Of a stretch of DNA of 58,393 nucleotides, positions 25,704-35,596 are shown piece by piece. The notes beneath the pieces were generated by a model. The model was not told the DNA's origin. It made no database searches and saw only the letters and a program-made list of their open reading frames with translations. Position 1 is the first letter of the stretch. Each line of letters opens with the position of its first letter. Position numbers and translations under genes: made by a program. Source of the DNA: a virus; IMG/VR virus record IMGVR_UViG_3300012359_000003, positions 1-58,393 of that record; one strand, given 5' to 3'.

Positions 25704-26483
25704 TTACACAGGTCCGGCGAGAGTACCACCGGGACCGGTTGTCACCTGCGGGGAGTAGGCGCCACTGGAGCCGCCAAAGAGCGAACCAATGCCAGAAGCC
25801 ACAGAGCCAAGGAAACCACCATTCTGTACGGTGCTCGCGGCGCCATTTGGTGCCAGTGCTGCTGAGAGGGCTCCACCTGCATTGGCCACTCCACCGCCAA
25901 ACGCATTGGCGCCCATGGTGTTATACGCGCCACTCGCTCCCGCCCCCTGCATGCCAAACCCAGCCTCAGCTTCACCTGCACCCACGGTTTGATTGCCGAG
26001 TTGCAACGCACCTTGCATGCCCTGGTTTGCCATGCCAGTTAGCATATTGTAGCCCTGCTGATTTTGGGCAAGGTAGTTCTGTAGTTGCTGGTTGTAGGTG
26101 GTGCTTGCAAGCCCCTGAGCATATTGGTCTCCGGCCTGGATTGCCGGACCACTCACGCCGAGGCCTCTCGCGGTTTGGCTGTTCTGCGTAGCCTTCAGTC
26201 CCTGCTGCAGTTGGAACTGATAACCAGGAGTGGAGGCCAAGTCCGTTGGATTGAACTTTGCCACATATCCAGGCAGGTTCTGGGTGAGCAGCGGAAGAGC
26301 CTGTTGATTCACACCAATGTACGGAGTGGTTTGCGCGGAGGCAAGTTCCAAATGGTCCTGGAGATTCTTATCCCAGGTACCTACTGCGTTGTTGAGAATG
26401 CCCTGGCTCCCACCAGTGCCCCCACCAGCCAGTGCACCACCAATGATGCTTCCTGCTGCTCCAATCGCTGCTCCCCAAGGCAA
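25704..26483 (-). CDS. Gly/Gln/Ala-rich low-complexity virion protein
   Basis: 259-aa ORF with a repetitive G-rich composition. Confidence 0.4.
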   Translation of the reverse strand: MPWGAAIGAAGSIIGGALAGGGTGGSQGILNNAVGTWDKNLQDHLELASAQTTPYIGVNQQALPLLTQNLPGYVAKFNPTDLASTPGYQFQLQQGLKATQNSQTARGLGVSGPAIQAGDQYAQGLASTTYNQQLQNYLAQNQQGYNMLTGMANQGMQGALQLGNQTVGAGEAEAGFGMQGAGASGAYNTMGANAFGGGVANAGGALSAALAPNGAASTVQNGGFLGSVASGIGSLFGGSSGAYSPQVTTGPGGTLAGPV

Positions 26484-26520
26484 TTGCCCCTCCTATCTCT
26501 GAGATGTTTCGGAAACCACC

Positions 26521-26892
26521 TTATAGATCTCCCAGCAGTTCGTGCTGTTCCAGTATCTCGACCACACCACTATGGGTAAGGTTGTGGATGCAGTATAGAA
26601 TGGTGTTATCCTCGAGGGTCTCGAATAAGTGTTTGGTGCCACGCTTGATCAGCATCATATACGGGGCACTGTGGATACCGGCTGCTTTGCCATCGACCCA
26701 GATCGCTACCCGGCCCGTGGCCACGAGCGTTGAGTGATCGTAGCAATGAGAGTGCTGCGGGATAAACGTTCCCGCTTTCGCCACCACCAGTTGCTTTACA
26801 AACACATCGTCAACAGTGTTGAAATCCACCTGGACTGGCTGCGGATCGAGTCGTTGATATTCCTGCATCGCCATCACTCCACTCTCATGCAA
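26521..26892 (-). CDS. Cupin-domain protein
   Basis: GTFIPQHSHCYDHSTLVATGRVAIWVDG carries cupin motif 1 with an HxH. Confidence 0.55.
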   Translation of the reverse strand: MHESGVMAMQEYQRLDPQPVQVDFNTVDDVFVKQLVVAKAGTFIPQHSHCYDHSTLVATGRVAIWVDGKAAGIHSAPYMMLIKRGTKHLFETLEDNTILYCIHNLTHSGVVEILEQHELLGDL

Positions 26893-27410
26893 ACAATGAG
26901 TGTTATCCGTTCCGTATCCCCGTGGTTCTCTACTGAGTGCTCACGCAAGTTATCGAAGTACCAGGCTTCGCCCTCGCCCATCACCACAGTCTCACTCTCA
27001 CAAACATTCACACAACTGGAGTTGGAAGCAATCGGCACATACAGTTTCACATTCATGTATTCTGCGTGCCAGGTTCCACGATCGTTGTGCGGGAGGATTA
27101 CGCCACCGGGGGGAATGCGAGTAATCAATACTCCGCCGAGGAACGTAGCATTGACCGCCGACATCAGCCCGAATACGATGGGGCGCAGTGCGGCCAGCGA
27201 GTGCCACGCCGGCAACCACGCTGGCATGAACGGCAACTCACCCCGCTCTTTCTCCCGCCACCGCACCCAGATATCGCTCATACCAGCATGCGGTGAACCT
27301 GGAGCGTTCTTTCGATCTTGATGCATGTTCCACAACTCGGGATGGAGATGTAGCTGGAGTTTCACCCCCTCTACATTAATACCAACAGCCAGGCGGTGAA
27401 AATTCTGCAT
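26874..27410 (-). CDS. Aspartyl/asparaginyl beta-hydroxylase-like 2OG-Fe(II) oxygenase
   Basis: ILPHNDRGTWHAEYMNVKLYVPI...GEGEAWYFDNLREHSVENHGDTERITLIV fits the Asp_Arg_Hydrox pattern. Confidence 0.6.
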   Translation of the reverse strand: MQNFHRLAVGINVEGVKLQLHLHPELWNMHQDRKNAPGSPHAGMSDIWVRWREKERGELPFMPAWLPAWHSLAALRPIVFGLMSAVNATFLGGVLITRIPPGGVILPHNDRGTWHAEYMNVKLYVPIASNSSCVNVCESETVVMGEGEAWYFDNLREHSVENHGDTERITLIVCMRVE

Positions 27411-27507
27411 CTGAGATTCTCCGTGCTATGCTTAGGACCCTATCATACGGCGGGATCGCAGGGACACCCCATACCGTCACACAAACGATCCCCCGTGGGT
27501 TGCGCAC

Positions 27508-28146
27508 TCACGGCCCAATAAGATGCACCGTCGCAAGGTCCAACTCCAGCGCCGCCAATCGAGTGGACAGGATCTGGACCTGAGTCACCACGGCCTGGAC
27601 TTCGGCCTGGGTCGGAGGGTTGGAAATGGTTTGAGTCCAGGCTGCGTTGAACGTGCCACGGGACACTGTGCCAGTTGGGGCCGTCCATCCGGTCTGAGTC
27701 CCCATTCCCAGGTTGGTCCGGCTAGTTGCGCTGCTTGCCACATCGCCGAGATTACTAGCGCGTTGTAATGCTGTATCCGCTTCTGCTCCCTGGGCAGCAG
27801 TGGCGAAGAAACTTGTGTCGTGGGTTGCCGCAGAGCCCAGGCCGAGGTTGGATCTCGAGATTGCTGTGTCGGCGACATCGCTCAAGTTAGATGTTTTCTT
27901 GAGGCTGGCGTTGGCTGCAAGTTGGGCTACCTGTGCTGCGAGTTGCGCAATAAGCGCCGCCGCCGCCGCTGCTGCTGCTGCATCCACGGCGCTTTGCGTA
28001 ACCACTCCCAGCGATTGCCCTGTGCGAATCCATAACGCCCGCATCAGCGAGTACCAGGTATTGGTGATGCGCCGATCCTTGTCTACGAGCGGATCACTCG
28101 CGTTCGGCAGTCCCTGATTGGCCGCGGTAACAACTGGATTGGTCAC
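27508..28146 (-). CDS. Tail-fibre-like protein
   Basis: It has the repeated SNLSDVADTAISRSNLGLGS / SNLGDVASSATSRTNLGMGT motif and an Ala-rich coiled segment. Confidence 0.55.
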   Translation of the reverse strand: MTNPVVTAANQGLPNASDPLVDKDRRITNTWYSLMRALWIRTGQSLGVVTQSAVDAAAAAAAAALIAQLAAQVAQLAANASLKKTSNLSDVADTAISRSNLGLGSAATHDTSFFATAAQGAEADTALQRASNLGDVASSATSRTNLGMGTQTGWTAPTGTVSRGTFNAAWTQTISNPPTQAEVQAVVTQVQILSTRLAALELDLATVHLIGP

Positions 28147-28159
28147 AACGATGGTCCTC

Positions 28160-29452
28160 TTAGGTTCCCGCTCTTACCGTGTCGATCCAGGCGCCCTGGA
28201 GCGCAGTCGGGCCGGAGGTCCAACTGAGTTCGTACACCCGGTCTCTCGCCATGCCCAGCCGACGCCATTGGACGTTAGTGTAGTAATCTCCCTGGAGGCC
28301 AAGAGTCTGAATCACAGGCGGATTCCACGTCGCACCGCGAGTGTCACTCCACCTGAGCGCCATTCCGATGTTGGTAGACTCGATATCTCCCACTTGGATA
28401 TCAGCCACAAACCGATTATGTACCATGCGTCGTCCGTCATCCAGCATGTGCGGGAACGAGCGCAGGAACTTCATCGGAGCACCGTTGTCAGTATTAACTG
28501 TTGGGTCCAGGGCGTAGATGTTGGCGTTCTCCCAGTCCCCGATAACCACCTTATCATAGGCAAACGCTACGCAGTTCATCCGATGCCGATGCTCGGTCAG
28601 ACCGTCATTGGCATCCAGCCAACAGCGCTCATGCCAAAACCCAGTGGTAATGTCGAACACCCAGGTCTTATCAGCAGTGGGGAAGGTAAGCACATAGAAC
28701 GCATGACCCTGCTGCTGGTACACCATTCCGATCGCGTCATCGATCACGGAGTAACTGCTGATCGCCACCTCAATCGCATGAGTACTCACCCGGTTGACAG
28801 TGGTATTTTGCCCCAGCACCACCATGGCATGACCTGAGAGGCTCCGTGATAGCCAGATCACCGCCTCGCCTGCCTTGGCTGCAGAGAACTTCGCCGCACA
28901 TCCTTGGTTAATTACGGTGTTGGGAATACGCTCAAATGGGAACGTTCCACCAGACTGTCCGCCGGAGTTATAAAAGATCTCCGTCGTGAAGCGGCCGAGC
29001 AGCCAGATCTCCGAGTGCACTACCACCAGTGTAATCAGCCCGTCTGCGTAGGAGACCTTGCTGGCAAAATCCAGCGGATCAAACGTGGTGTCCTCGCTCC
29101 CGCTGCAGTAAAAGATCGGGGTTTGTGGTTTGTTCAGCACAAAGAACGTGTCAATATAGTCCACCTTGTCAGCACCGTAGAATCCTTGCTCGTTGGGCGT
29201 CACCGAGGTCGGGTCGATCACGAACATGATCCTCGTGGCGAGGTCCACCACGTACCCGCCAGTGGTACCATCCACCAATACCAGTTTCGTTCCGTTGTCG
29301 GCCATGGAGACGGGAGTGGTCCCAGGTGCAATCGTCCCGAGAGCCGTGAACGTAAACGTAGCATCCACCCAGTAGAGTGTGTCGTAACACACTGCGTATA
29401 GGTCCCCGTTCCCGCAGGTGTAGAGGCCCCTTACCGGTCCAGTTCTGGGCAT
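28160..29452 (-). CDS. Beta-propeller 'phage stabilisation protein'-like nozzle/tail protein
   Basis: RGLYTCGNGDLYAVCYDTLYWVD...VDGTTGGYVVD...FPFERIPNTVINQG resembles that family. Confidence 0.45.
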   Translation of the reverse strand: MPRTGPVRGLYTCGNGDLYAVCYDTLYWVDATFTFTALGTIAPGTTPVSMADNGTKLVLVDGTTGGYVVDLATRIMFVIDPTSVTPNEQGFYGADKVDYIDTFFVLNKPQTPIFYCSGSEDTTFDPLDFASKVSYADGLITLVVVHSEIWLLGRFTTEIFYNSGGQSGGTFPFERIPNTVINQGCAAKFSAAKAGEAVIWLSRSLSGHAMVVLGQNTTVNRVSTHAIEVAISSYSVIDDAIGMVYQQQGHAFYVLTFPTADKTWVFDITTGFWHERCWLDANDGLTEHRHRMNCVAFAYDKVVIGDWENANIYALDPTVNTDNGAPMKFLRSFPHMLDDGRRMVHNRFVADIQVGDIESTNIGMALRWSDTRGATWNPPVIQTLGLQGDYYTNVQWRRLGMARDRVYELSWTSGPTALQGAWIDTVRAGT

Positions 29453-30732
29453 CAGACAATCTCCTTAATCGCGAGATTCTTAACATGCATAACCTGAACT
29501 ATGGTCGGTTCAGGTGTGGTGAGGAATGGACGGAAGTCTCCGAGTCGAATAGATATCCCGCCGAGGAAACCATACGATACACCGGATGCCGGTGCAGACC
29601 CATCTCCAGGTCCATCACTGGCGCTACTACGGAAACCAACCGAACGATAAGCAAAGGTGGGGTCATCAATCCACTGGTTTCCACCGCCATGCGGAGGTAC
29701 CTCTCTATGAAATCCTTGCCGCACATTGGCGAACGAGGAATCTGGCTGCAACCACAGTCCATCCGTTGAGCGCTGAAGAAAGTAGCAGCAACTCCAGTTT
29801 CCCGGGACACCAGTCATTTGCATGTAAGCGGTGTAGTGATCCGACGGTCCGAGACTTGGAACAATTGCCCCAGACAAGCCAACTCCATTGGGAGGTCCAG
29901 AATAAACACCACCAGAGACTGCAATGTACGGTCCAGTCAAGTTCGAGTCTCCATTAATGTCGCAGGAAACTATCTGGAAATATGCTGAATACGTAGCGCT
30001 TTCTGCTCGCGTAGGTCCCTGGCCGTTTATCCAAAGCTCAACATTTCCTGGTGCTTGTGGATTATGGATCTCGAACGATGCCTCGAACTGAATATTGTCT
30101 GGGAGCGAGTACAGTCCATGGTCAGGGAACTGACCATCAGGAAGAGTATTGTATGCAGTAACAACAGTGGGAGATCCCTGCAGATGCGATGTTCGCATTA
30201 CTGTCGATGAAGTTCGAGCCCAGTATGCCCAGCCATAGAAATTAATCCCACCAGGATAACTCCCTGCGCCAGGATACAGTCCATTTCCCGCCAACACCAA
30301 TGCACCCGCATCGAGTTCGGTTCCACTAACCGTACCAAACGCAGCACCAACTCCATTAAACGTAAACCACCGAGCACTCTCTCCGACATGAGTATCCAGG
30401 TGTCCACTACCGCTAAAGCTTTCCACAAAGAATGGCGCCCCAGTTGGTGGGGAGTAACTACAAACCGAGCCAATCGGAACGATCCGCCACTCCACGTCCG
30501 AGTACGGAAAGAGATGCGCGGTGAGATTGGTTTCGAGACTCAGCCCCACAGATCCAGGGACCGGATAGTACACATACGCTGGAGGCTGGCTTGGTGTTCC
30601 TGGTGCTCTCGGCGGCACGGCCTCGCCTTCCGGCGTGGGGATCTCTTCCGCATACACATTCAGCGCCCGCTGTGCCGAAGCAATCAGCGATTGCGACTGA
30701 TATGATCCACCACCGAGAAAGACCTTGGTCAC
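29452..30732 (-). CDS. Tail protein with the shared N-terminal anchor module
   Basis: The N-terminus MTKVFLGGGSYQSQSLIASAQRALNVYAE is paralogous to the N-terminus of 30729-33293. Confidence 0.5.
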   Translation of the reverse strand: MTKVFLGGGSYQSQSLIASAQRALNVYAEEIPTPEGEAVPPRAPGTPSQPPAYVYYPVPGSVGLSLETNLTAHLFPYSDVEWRIVPIGSVCSYSPPTGAPFFVESFSGSGHLDTHVGESARWFTFNGVGAAFGTVSGTELDAGALVLAGNGLYPGAGSYPGGINFYGWAYWARTSSTVMRTSHLQGSPTVVTAYNTLPDGQFPDHGLYSLPDNIQFEASFEIHNPQAPGNVELWINGQGPTRAESATYSAYFQIVSCDINGDSNLTGPYIAVSGGVYSGPPNGVGLSGAIVPSLGPSDHYTAYMQMTGVPGNWSCCYFLQRSTDGLWLQPDSSFANVRQGFHREVPPHGGGNQWIDDPTFAYRSVGFRSSASDGPGDGSAPASGVSYGFLGGISIRLGDFRPFLTTPEPTIVQVMHVKNLAIKEIV

Positions 30733-33293
30733 GGCAAAGGTCCCCCCAGCGGATTAGCACCAGGGAATGCAGCCGCCACCGTACCATCATCAATGTTGTA
30801 CGAGCGAAGTCCAGTCCTTGGATCATACGTAGCATTTCCCGTCCAGGTAATGCTCGTGTTCCTCGCGTGAAGTACCGCCGTACAGTACTGATTGAACCCT
30901 GAGGACAGTGACGTAGGCTCTCCTTTGTTGTTGGTCATGGTGCAGTTAATACTGTCAACTGCACAGATATCTCCGCGTTCCGTTCCGGTAATGCCCTGGT
31001 CTCGCATGTTGTTGTAAGCGGTGTTGGCGTTGCAGATGACCTTGGTGGAGCTAAACACATGCACCCCACGGCCGCCGTTGTTGTAAGTGGTGTTACCCTG
31101 TACCAGCGAATTGTGGGTGTAGGGTATAGCGGAGTTTGGTGGCGTGGTGTAGGGGTTGCTCGTTTGGTTTAGCAGGAAATCATCCATGATGATACCATTG
31201 CCGTCAGTGTGGTTGGTCGGGAGTATCCCAGTCCCACCTACAATGAAATTTCCATAGCTGGTATTGTTGATGACCTGAATACGATACGTCGCAGCGAGAT
31301 CAGCGGCCGAGGCCGTGTAGGGCACATTGGTGGGCTCGTAGATGGAAATTCCGCTGGTCTGGTTGCCGTTCCAGTTGGAGTTATTGTACGTGATATTCGT
31401 GTCGAACGTGTACCAGTCCTTGAAGTTGGCTTGGATTCCAGAGGCTCCGCAATCGTGGATCTTGCAGTTGGTCACGATGATATGGTGGCCCCAGCAGCCA
31501 ATCCCGCTCCCAATGGACTTGGCTGCCGAGAGCGTTGCTACCCCAGCATTACCGCCATCAATCTCAAACCCATCGAAAATCACATAATCGGTCTGGGCCT
31601 TCAGCACATCATCTGGCGTGTTAACGGTCATCACGAGTTTGGCGCCATACAGCGTAGTGGACTTGTAGACCACGAACCCGGTAAGGGAGTTGGTGTTGCC
31701 TCCATTGTTGAGATACTGCGTGCCGGTGAGATTGTAGGTTCCGCTAGCGAAATTGATCACATCACCAGGAAGAAGCTTCCCACTGCTGTCCGCTCCGGCC
31801 GGCGTGCGCCACGGGCTCACGCTCGTGCCTTGACCAGTCGGAGGATCATTCCCGTTTGGCGCCACATACCAGTTTCTTACTGGGGTGTAGTATTTTCCAG
31901 TGCTTTTCGGCGAGAGCGTGGCACCAAGCGTGCTCTTCGGGGCAAGCACTTCGACCAACCGCCCAGGGCTCTTTACCTCCCCGACCAACACTGATCTAGG
32001 CACCAACGATCCGGAGAGTATCCGTTTTCGCTTCAGCGTCGCAGTCGGCACAGCACGTGGATTGAGGCTCGCGGACAGGGCATGGCCACGCTTTAGCGTA
32101 AGCGCCAGCGCACTCGTCGGGAAGTATCGTCCCTGCAGGCGAGAGCTCAACGCTGTTGCGACGACATTGCTGCCAGGAGCCAAGGCCCCAGAGAGCTTAC
32201 GCTTGCGATGCAGAACAGTAGCAATGGAACTGGTTGAGGCAAATGCCGCAGCAGCTACTCCACGTTTATGGACAGTGGCAGCCAGGACACTGTGGGGCAC
32301 CAAGGCTTCGGTGATGGGCTTGGGAGGGCGAATCCGCGAGACCACCGCTGCGAGCAAGCTCCCAGGCAAAATCACTTCCACAAGCGTACCGATGTTGCCA
32401 TGCAGTCTCGACACAGGAGCCATCGAGGCAGTCAGCGGTTTCGGCGCCCGAAACTTCACCACTCCAGCCGTTAGCACAGTTACGCCAGCAGCCACCATCC
32501 GCAGCGTACCAATATTGGCATGCAACAAAGTCCCAGGAATCAGTGCTGCAGTCAATGCCTTCGGAGCAAGTGTTTTGCCAACAATGCCACTTAACAGCGT
32601 CACCGAGCCTATGGCCTCGACAAGCGGAATGATGTTTGCACGCAGGAGCGAGCTCGGGAGAATAGCTGCGTTAAGCGCCAGTCCTGCTCGGAACTTAGTA
32701 ATCCCGGCGGTTAGTTGGGACTGCGGAGTTAGCCTCTCCGTCAACAACCCAATATTGACGCTGATCACCGTACTCGATAGCATAGTAGCGCTCAGCGCCA
32801 GCGGCTGTCGAACATGAGTAAGAATCGTGCTCAGCAACGACACCGAACTCAGGCTCGCACCCAAACCGCCACTTCGAGCAACGGCAACCGCTATCGTGCT
32901 GAGCGGCAGCACCGACTCAGAAAGCGGCCGAAACAGTGGGTTGAAGGTAACGCCAATAAAGCTCGTATCTACAAAGAGAAATGAGCTAAGATCCCGCCCA
33001 CGCTTAATCGTTGCATCCAGTTCACTCGTGCCAAAGATCTGAGCCCGAGCAATGGACTTGGGGCGCAAGTTCAGCAGCACACATTCCAGGTCACTGAAGC
33101 TGTGATATGCGGGATCGACCACTCGCGTCGGAGTGTTGATTGGCACCATCCCTGGAGTCGGGAGATGGATCGCAGAAGCCGGTTCGTCCTGTTCCACAGG
33201 GGTCTGTTGGATGTATAGATTGAGTGAGCGTTGCATACCAGCGATTACGCTTCGCGCTACATACGCACCACCGAGTAGCTGGACTTTTGCCAT
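30729..33293 (-). CDS. Tailspike/fibre with an N-terminal anchor, about 22-aa tandem repeats and a C-terminal right-handed beta-helix (pectate-lyase-like) domain
   Basis: Beta-helix signatures are YVIFDGFEIDGG, HHIIVTNCKIHDCGASGIQ, DGNGIIMDDF and NNGGRGVHVF. Confidence 0.7.
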   Translation of the reverse strand: MAKVQLLGGAYVARSVIAGMQRSLNLYIQQTPVEQDEPASAIHLPTPGMVPINTPTRVVDPAYHSFSDLECVLLNLRPKSIARAQIFGTSELDATIKRGRDLSSFLFVDTSFIGVTFNPLFRPLSESVLPLSTIAVAVARSGGLGASLSSVSLLSTILTHVRQPLALSATMLSSTVISVNIGLLTERLTPQSQLTAGITKFRAGLALNAAILPSSLLRANIIPLVEAIGSVTLLSGIVGKTLAPKALTAALIPGTLLHANIGTLRMVAAGVTVLTAGVVKFRAPKPLTASMAPVSRLHGNIGTLVEVILPGSLLAAVVSRIRPPKPITEALVPHSVLAATVHKRGVAAAAFASTSSIATVLHRKRKLSGALAPGSNVVATALSSRLQGRYFPTSALALTLKRGHALSASLNPRAVPTATLKRKRILSGSLVPRSVLVGEVKSPGRLVEVLAPKSTLGATLSPKSTGKYYTPVRNWYVAPNGNDPPTGQGTSVSPWRTPAGADSSGKLLPGDVINFASGTYNLTGTQYLNNGGNTNSLTGFVVYKSTTLYGAKLVMTVNTPDDVLKAQTDYVIFDGFEIDGGNAGVATLSAAKSIGSGIGCWGHHIIVTNCKIHDCGASGIQANFKDWYTFDTNITYNNSNWNGNQTSGISIYEPTNVPYTASAADLAATYRIQVINNTSYGNFIVGGTGILPTNHTDGNGIIMDDFLLNQTSNPYTTPPNSAIPYTHNSLVQGNTTYNNGGRGVHVFSSTKVICNANTAYNNMRDQGITGTERGDICAVDSINCTMTNNKGEPTSLSSGFNQYCTAVLHARNTSITWTGNATYDPRTGLRSYNIDDGTVAAAFPGANPLGGPLP

Positions 33294-33294
33294 C

Positions 33295-34053
33295 TTAGTC
33301 CACCACTACGAGGAACGGCCGAGTATGCCCACCGCCCATCCGAGTCAGCGCCACAGCACTCAGCGAAATGATGGGGTCCGGCACCAGAGGAATGCTCCGC
33401 CCCAGCGTACAGAATGGAACTGCAGTTGGCCGAATTCCCTCCCTCAGTGCCCGGCTTCGAGCGATGCTACATTCCAGATCGCTAATCGGTGTGACGGCCT
33501 CGATCATTCCAATAGAGACGTTTGGAATGACATTCATCAGCGAGACCGGTGCAACACCCTCAACCAGGGCTCGACTGCGGCGCAGCGCAGTCACCATCAA
33601 CGAGGTCGGGGTTGTGCTCCACAGGAGGTTTCTGCCCTGGTAGCACGTCAAAAGCGAAGTCGGGGTAAGAGCGCCGGAAAGTGGTTTAATTCGAGCGAGA
33701 TTGCCGGTCACAACTGATTGTGGCGCGATATCGGCGGCGATGGCACGATTATGCACGAGGTTGGCGGACAGCGCACTCATCGGAACCTGATGCCCAGCGA
33801 GACCGCCAAGCTTGTGCAGCGCTACAGCCTGGAGACTTGTTGAGGCAATGGCCTCCTGTATTGGCCGGTTCCCGTTGATCGCACCAACCAGCGCACTGCT
33901 CGGCCCAAACGTCGCCCCGAGTTCCCGAGCAACACCACTATTTTGCTCGTTCAAATACCCGCCAAGCGGAGTCGCCTCCTGCGCCTGGGAGTTAGCCTCG
34001 TTAATATAAACTACGCCGTGTGGGGTCAGGATCGCATATTGGGATTTGGCCAT
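33295..34053 (-). CDS. Tail-fibre-associated repeat protein
   Basis: It shares the L-x-A-x-L-x-P-x-S-x-L type repeats with the neighbouring tailspike. Confidence 0.45.
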   Translation of the reverse strand: MAKSQYAILTPHGVVYINEANSQAQEATPLGGYLNEQNSGVARELGATFGPSSALVGAINGNRPIQEAIASTSLQAVALHKLGGLAGHQVPMSALSANLVHNRAIAADIAPQSVVTGNLARIKPLSGALTPTSLLTCYQGRNLLWSTTPTSLMVTALRRSRALVEGVAPVSLMNVIPNVSIGMIEAVTPISDLECSIARSRALREGIRPTAVPFCTLGRSIPLVPDPIISLSAVALTRMGGGHTRPFLVVVD

Positions 34054-34062
34054 CTAATGGCC

Positions 34063-35592
34063 TCATACGATCGTAATGAGGGGATCGACATACACCGTAG
34101 TCGAGGGCTTGGCGAGCTTCACTCGCGCGATGACCAGTCCCGCCAGTTGCGGCGTGAATGTGACCTGGAGTTTCTGATAGACCGGAGTGGCGGGGCTGCT
34201 ATTCCAGGCTGCGGTTGAGGTCGTAACGGCAGCATTAGCAGTCAGCCTCGTTGCCACGGTGCTATTTCCACCCGAACTGATCGGTGAACTCGAACTACCG
34301 AGATACTCCAACTCCAGCCAAATATCATCGTTGTTGAGCGAAGCACTGCTAACGATCTCAATCGTGGCCGTGTGACTAGTGCCAGTTAGAATATTCCATT
34401 GACTAATCGGGGCAAGTTCCAGCACTTGGTAAACAGTTGCATTGGAGTTCGAAACTGTCTTCCACGACACCGCCTGAATGCCATCGCTCGCCCCACCAGT
34501 ACGAGTGATTGTCGTCTCGGTCGTAACCGTTCCCTCGCGACGATACCATTCGTTGCGATAGCCTGTCGCCCCACTGTCGCAGTTAATAAGGTCACATGTG
34601 TTGTTGTAGGTGGTGCTTGGCATTGTAGAAACAGTTACACTGGCGCCGAGTTTGCAATTCTCGAAAACACAGCGTGCCATGGAAGAAGTTCCGGCACAGA
34701 TTGTTTTGCCACTACCGAGTGCACTCAGATCAACACCACGAATCAGCATTCCCTGCTGCCCGGAGCTGGCAAATAGTGTAGTCGGCACCGAACCCGGCAA
34801 CGGGCTTGCTGTGTTCTTCCATTCAAACAGTGACTGGGATGATATATTAAAGCCTTGCCCTACGGCAGCAAAATTTGCCGTGCAATTATCCCAGACAAAT
34901 CGACCACCACCTGTTGCTCCAATTGTCATCCATGAGCCGGAGGCAGTCTGCCCGATCACAAATCCACAGTTCTTATAGAACTGCTTAAAGACAGAAGCGC
35001 CACCAAGTGTTAAAAGGGCACCACTCGAGCCAGTTGCACAGGAGAAAGTAACCCCCTGGTAATAAGCGTCTCCGCTGATTGTCATGGTGTTGGTACCAGT
35101 CGTTGTGACTGAGGCACCATTCGTGATATCGGCAACGACCGGAGGTACACTTCCTGCCCGCGAGACCGAGATCACCGTACAGGGATTAGTTGCACCAGTG
35201 CTCGATGGGGAGGTGATGGTGAGTGTCGCCGCTTGGGTCTCAGCATGGTCGCTCGACACAAAAACCCGATCCCCACCTGCAGCCCACGACGAGCCAGAGT
35301 TGAAGATCGGGGTCAGTCGTGCTGCCGGGGCAGTCCAGTTGTAGGTGCTATTTCCAGTGATCTCGGTCCAAGTAACACCAGAGTCAGTGGTGGTTGCAGC
35401 TTTGGTGAGTACCCAAGTCGGTTCGCTTGCTCCGGTGATTCCCGTCGTGATTGACGAGACCCGAAAGCAACGTTCGTTTCCAACAGACGGAGCGGTGAGT
35501 TGACGCCGAATGGCGCCCACAGCCAGTGTTGTGAGCGCCGCCCACTGCGTGACGGCCGTATAGGCTACACTGGAAACATACCAGTCTGCCAC
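34063..35592 (-). CDS. Tail protein (Thr/Ser/Gly-rich, beta-rich)
   Basis: 509-aa ORF in the tail module. Confidence 0.45.
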   Translation of the reverse strand: MADWYVSSVAYTAVTQWAALTTLAVGAIRRQLTAPSVGNERCFRVSSITTGITGASEPTWVLTKAATTTDSGVTWTEITGNSTYNWTAPAARLTPIFNSGSSWAAGGDRVFVSSDHAETQAATLTITSPSSTGATNPCTVISVSRAGSVPPVVADITNGASVTTTGTNTMTISGDAYYQGVTFSCATGSSGALLTLGGASVFKQFYKNCGFVIGQTASGSWMTIGATGGGRFVWDNCTANFAAVGQGFNISSQSLFEWKNTASPLPGSVPTTLFASSGQQGMLIRGVDLSALGSGKTICAGTSSMARCVFENCKLGASVTVSTMPSTTYNNTCDLINCDSGATGYRNEWYRREGTVTTETTITRTGGASDGIQAVSWKTVSNSNATVYQVLELAPISQWNILTGTSHTATIEIVSSASLNNDDIWLELEYLGSSSSPISSGGNSTVATRLTANAAVTTSTAAWNSSPATPVYQKLQVTFTPQLAGLVIARVKLAKPSTTVYVDPLITIV

Positions 35593-35596
35593 GATA

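Noticed and set aside
31209-32817. Long plus-strand ORFs (31209-31994, 31900-32817) and similar antisense ORFs elsewhere (13176-13886, 22549-23298, 24696-25364, 35885-37165, 46983-47897)
   Set aside because: They run antisense to genes with clear homology or operon context in GC-rich DNA. Their products are Arg/Pro/Gly-rich with no motifs, which is typical of shadow ORFs.
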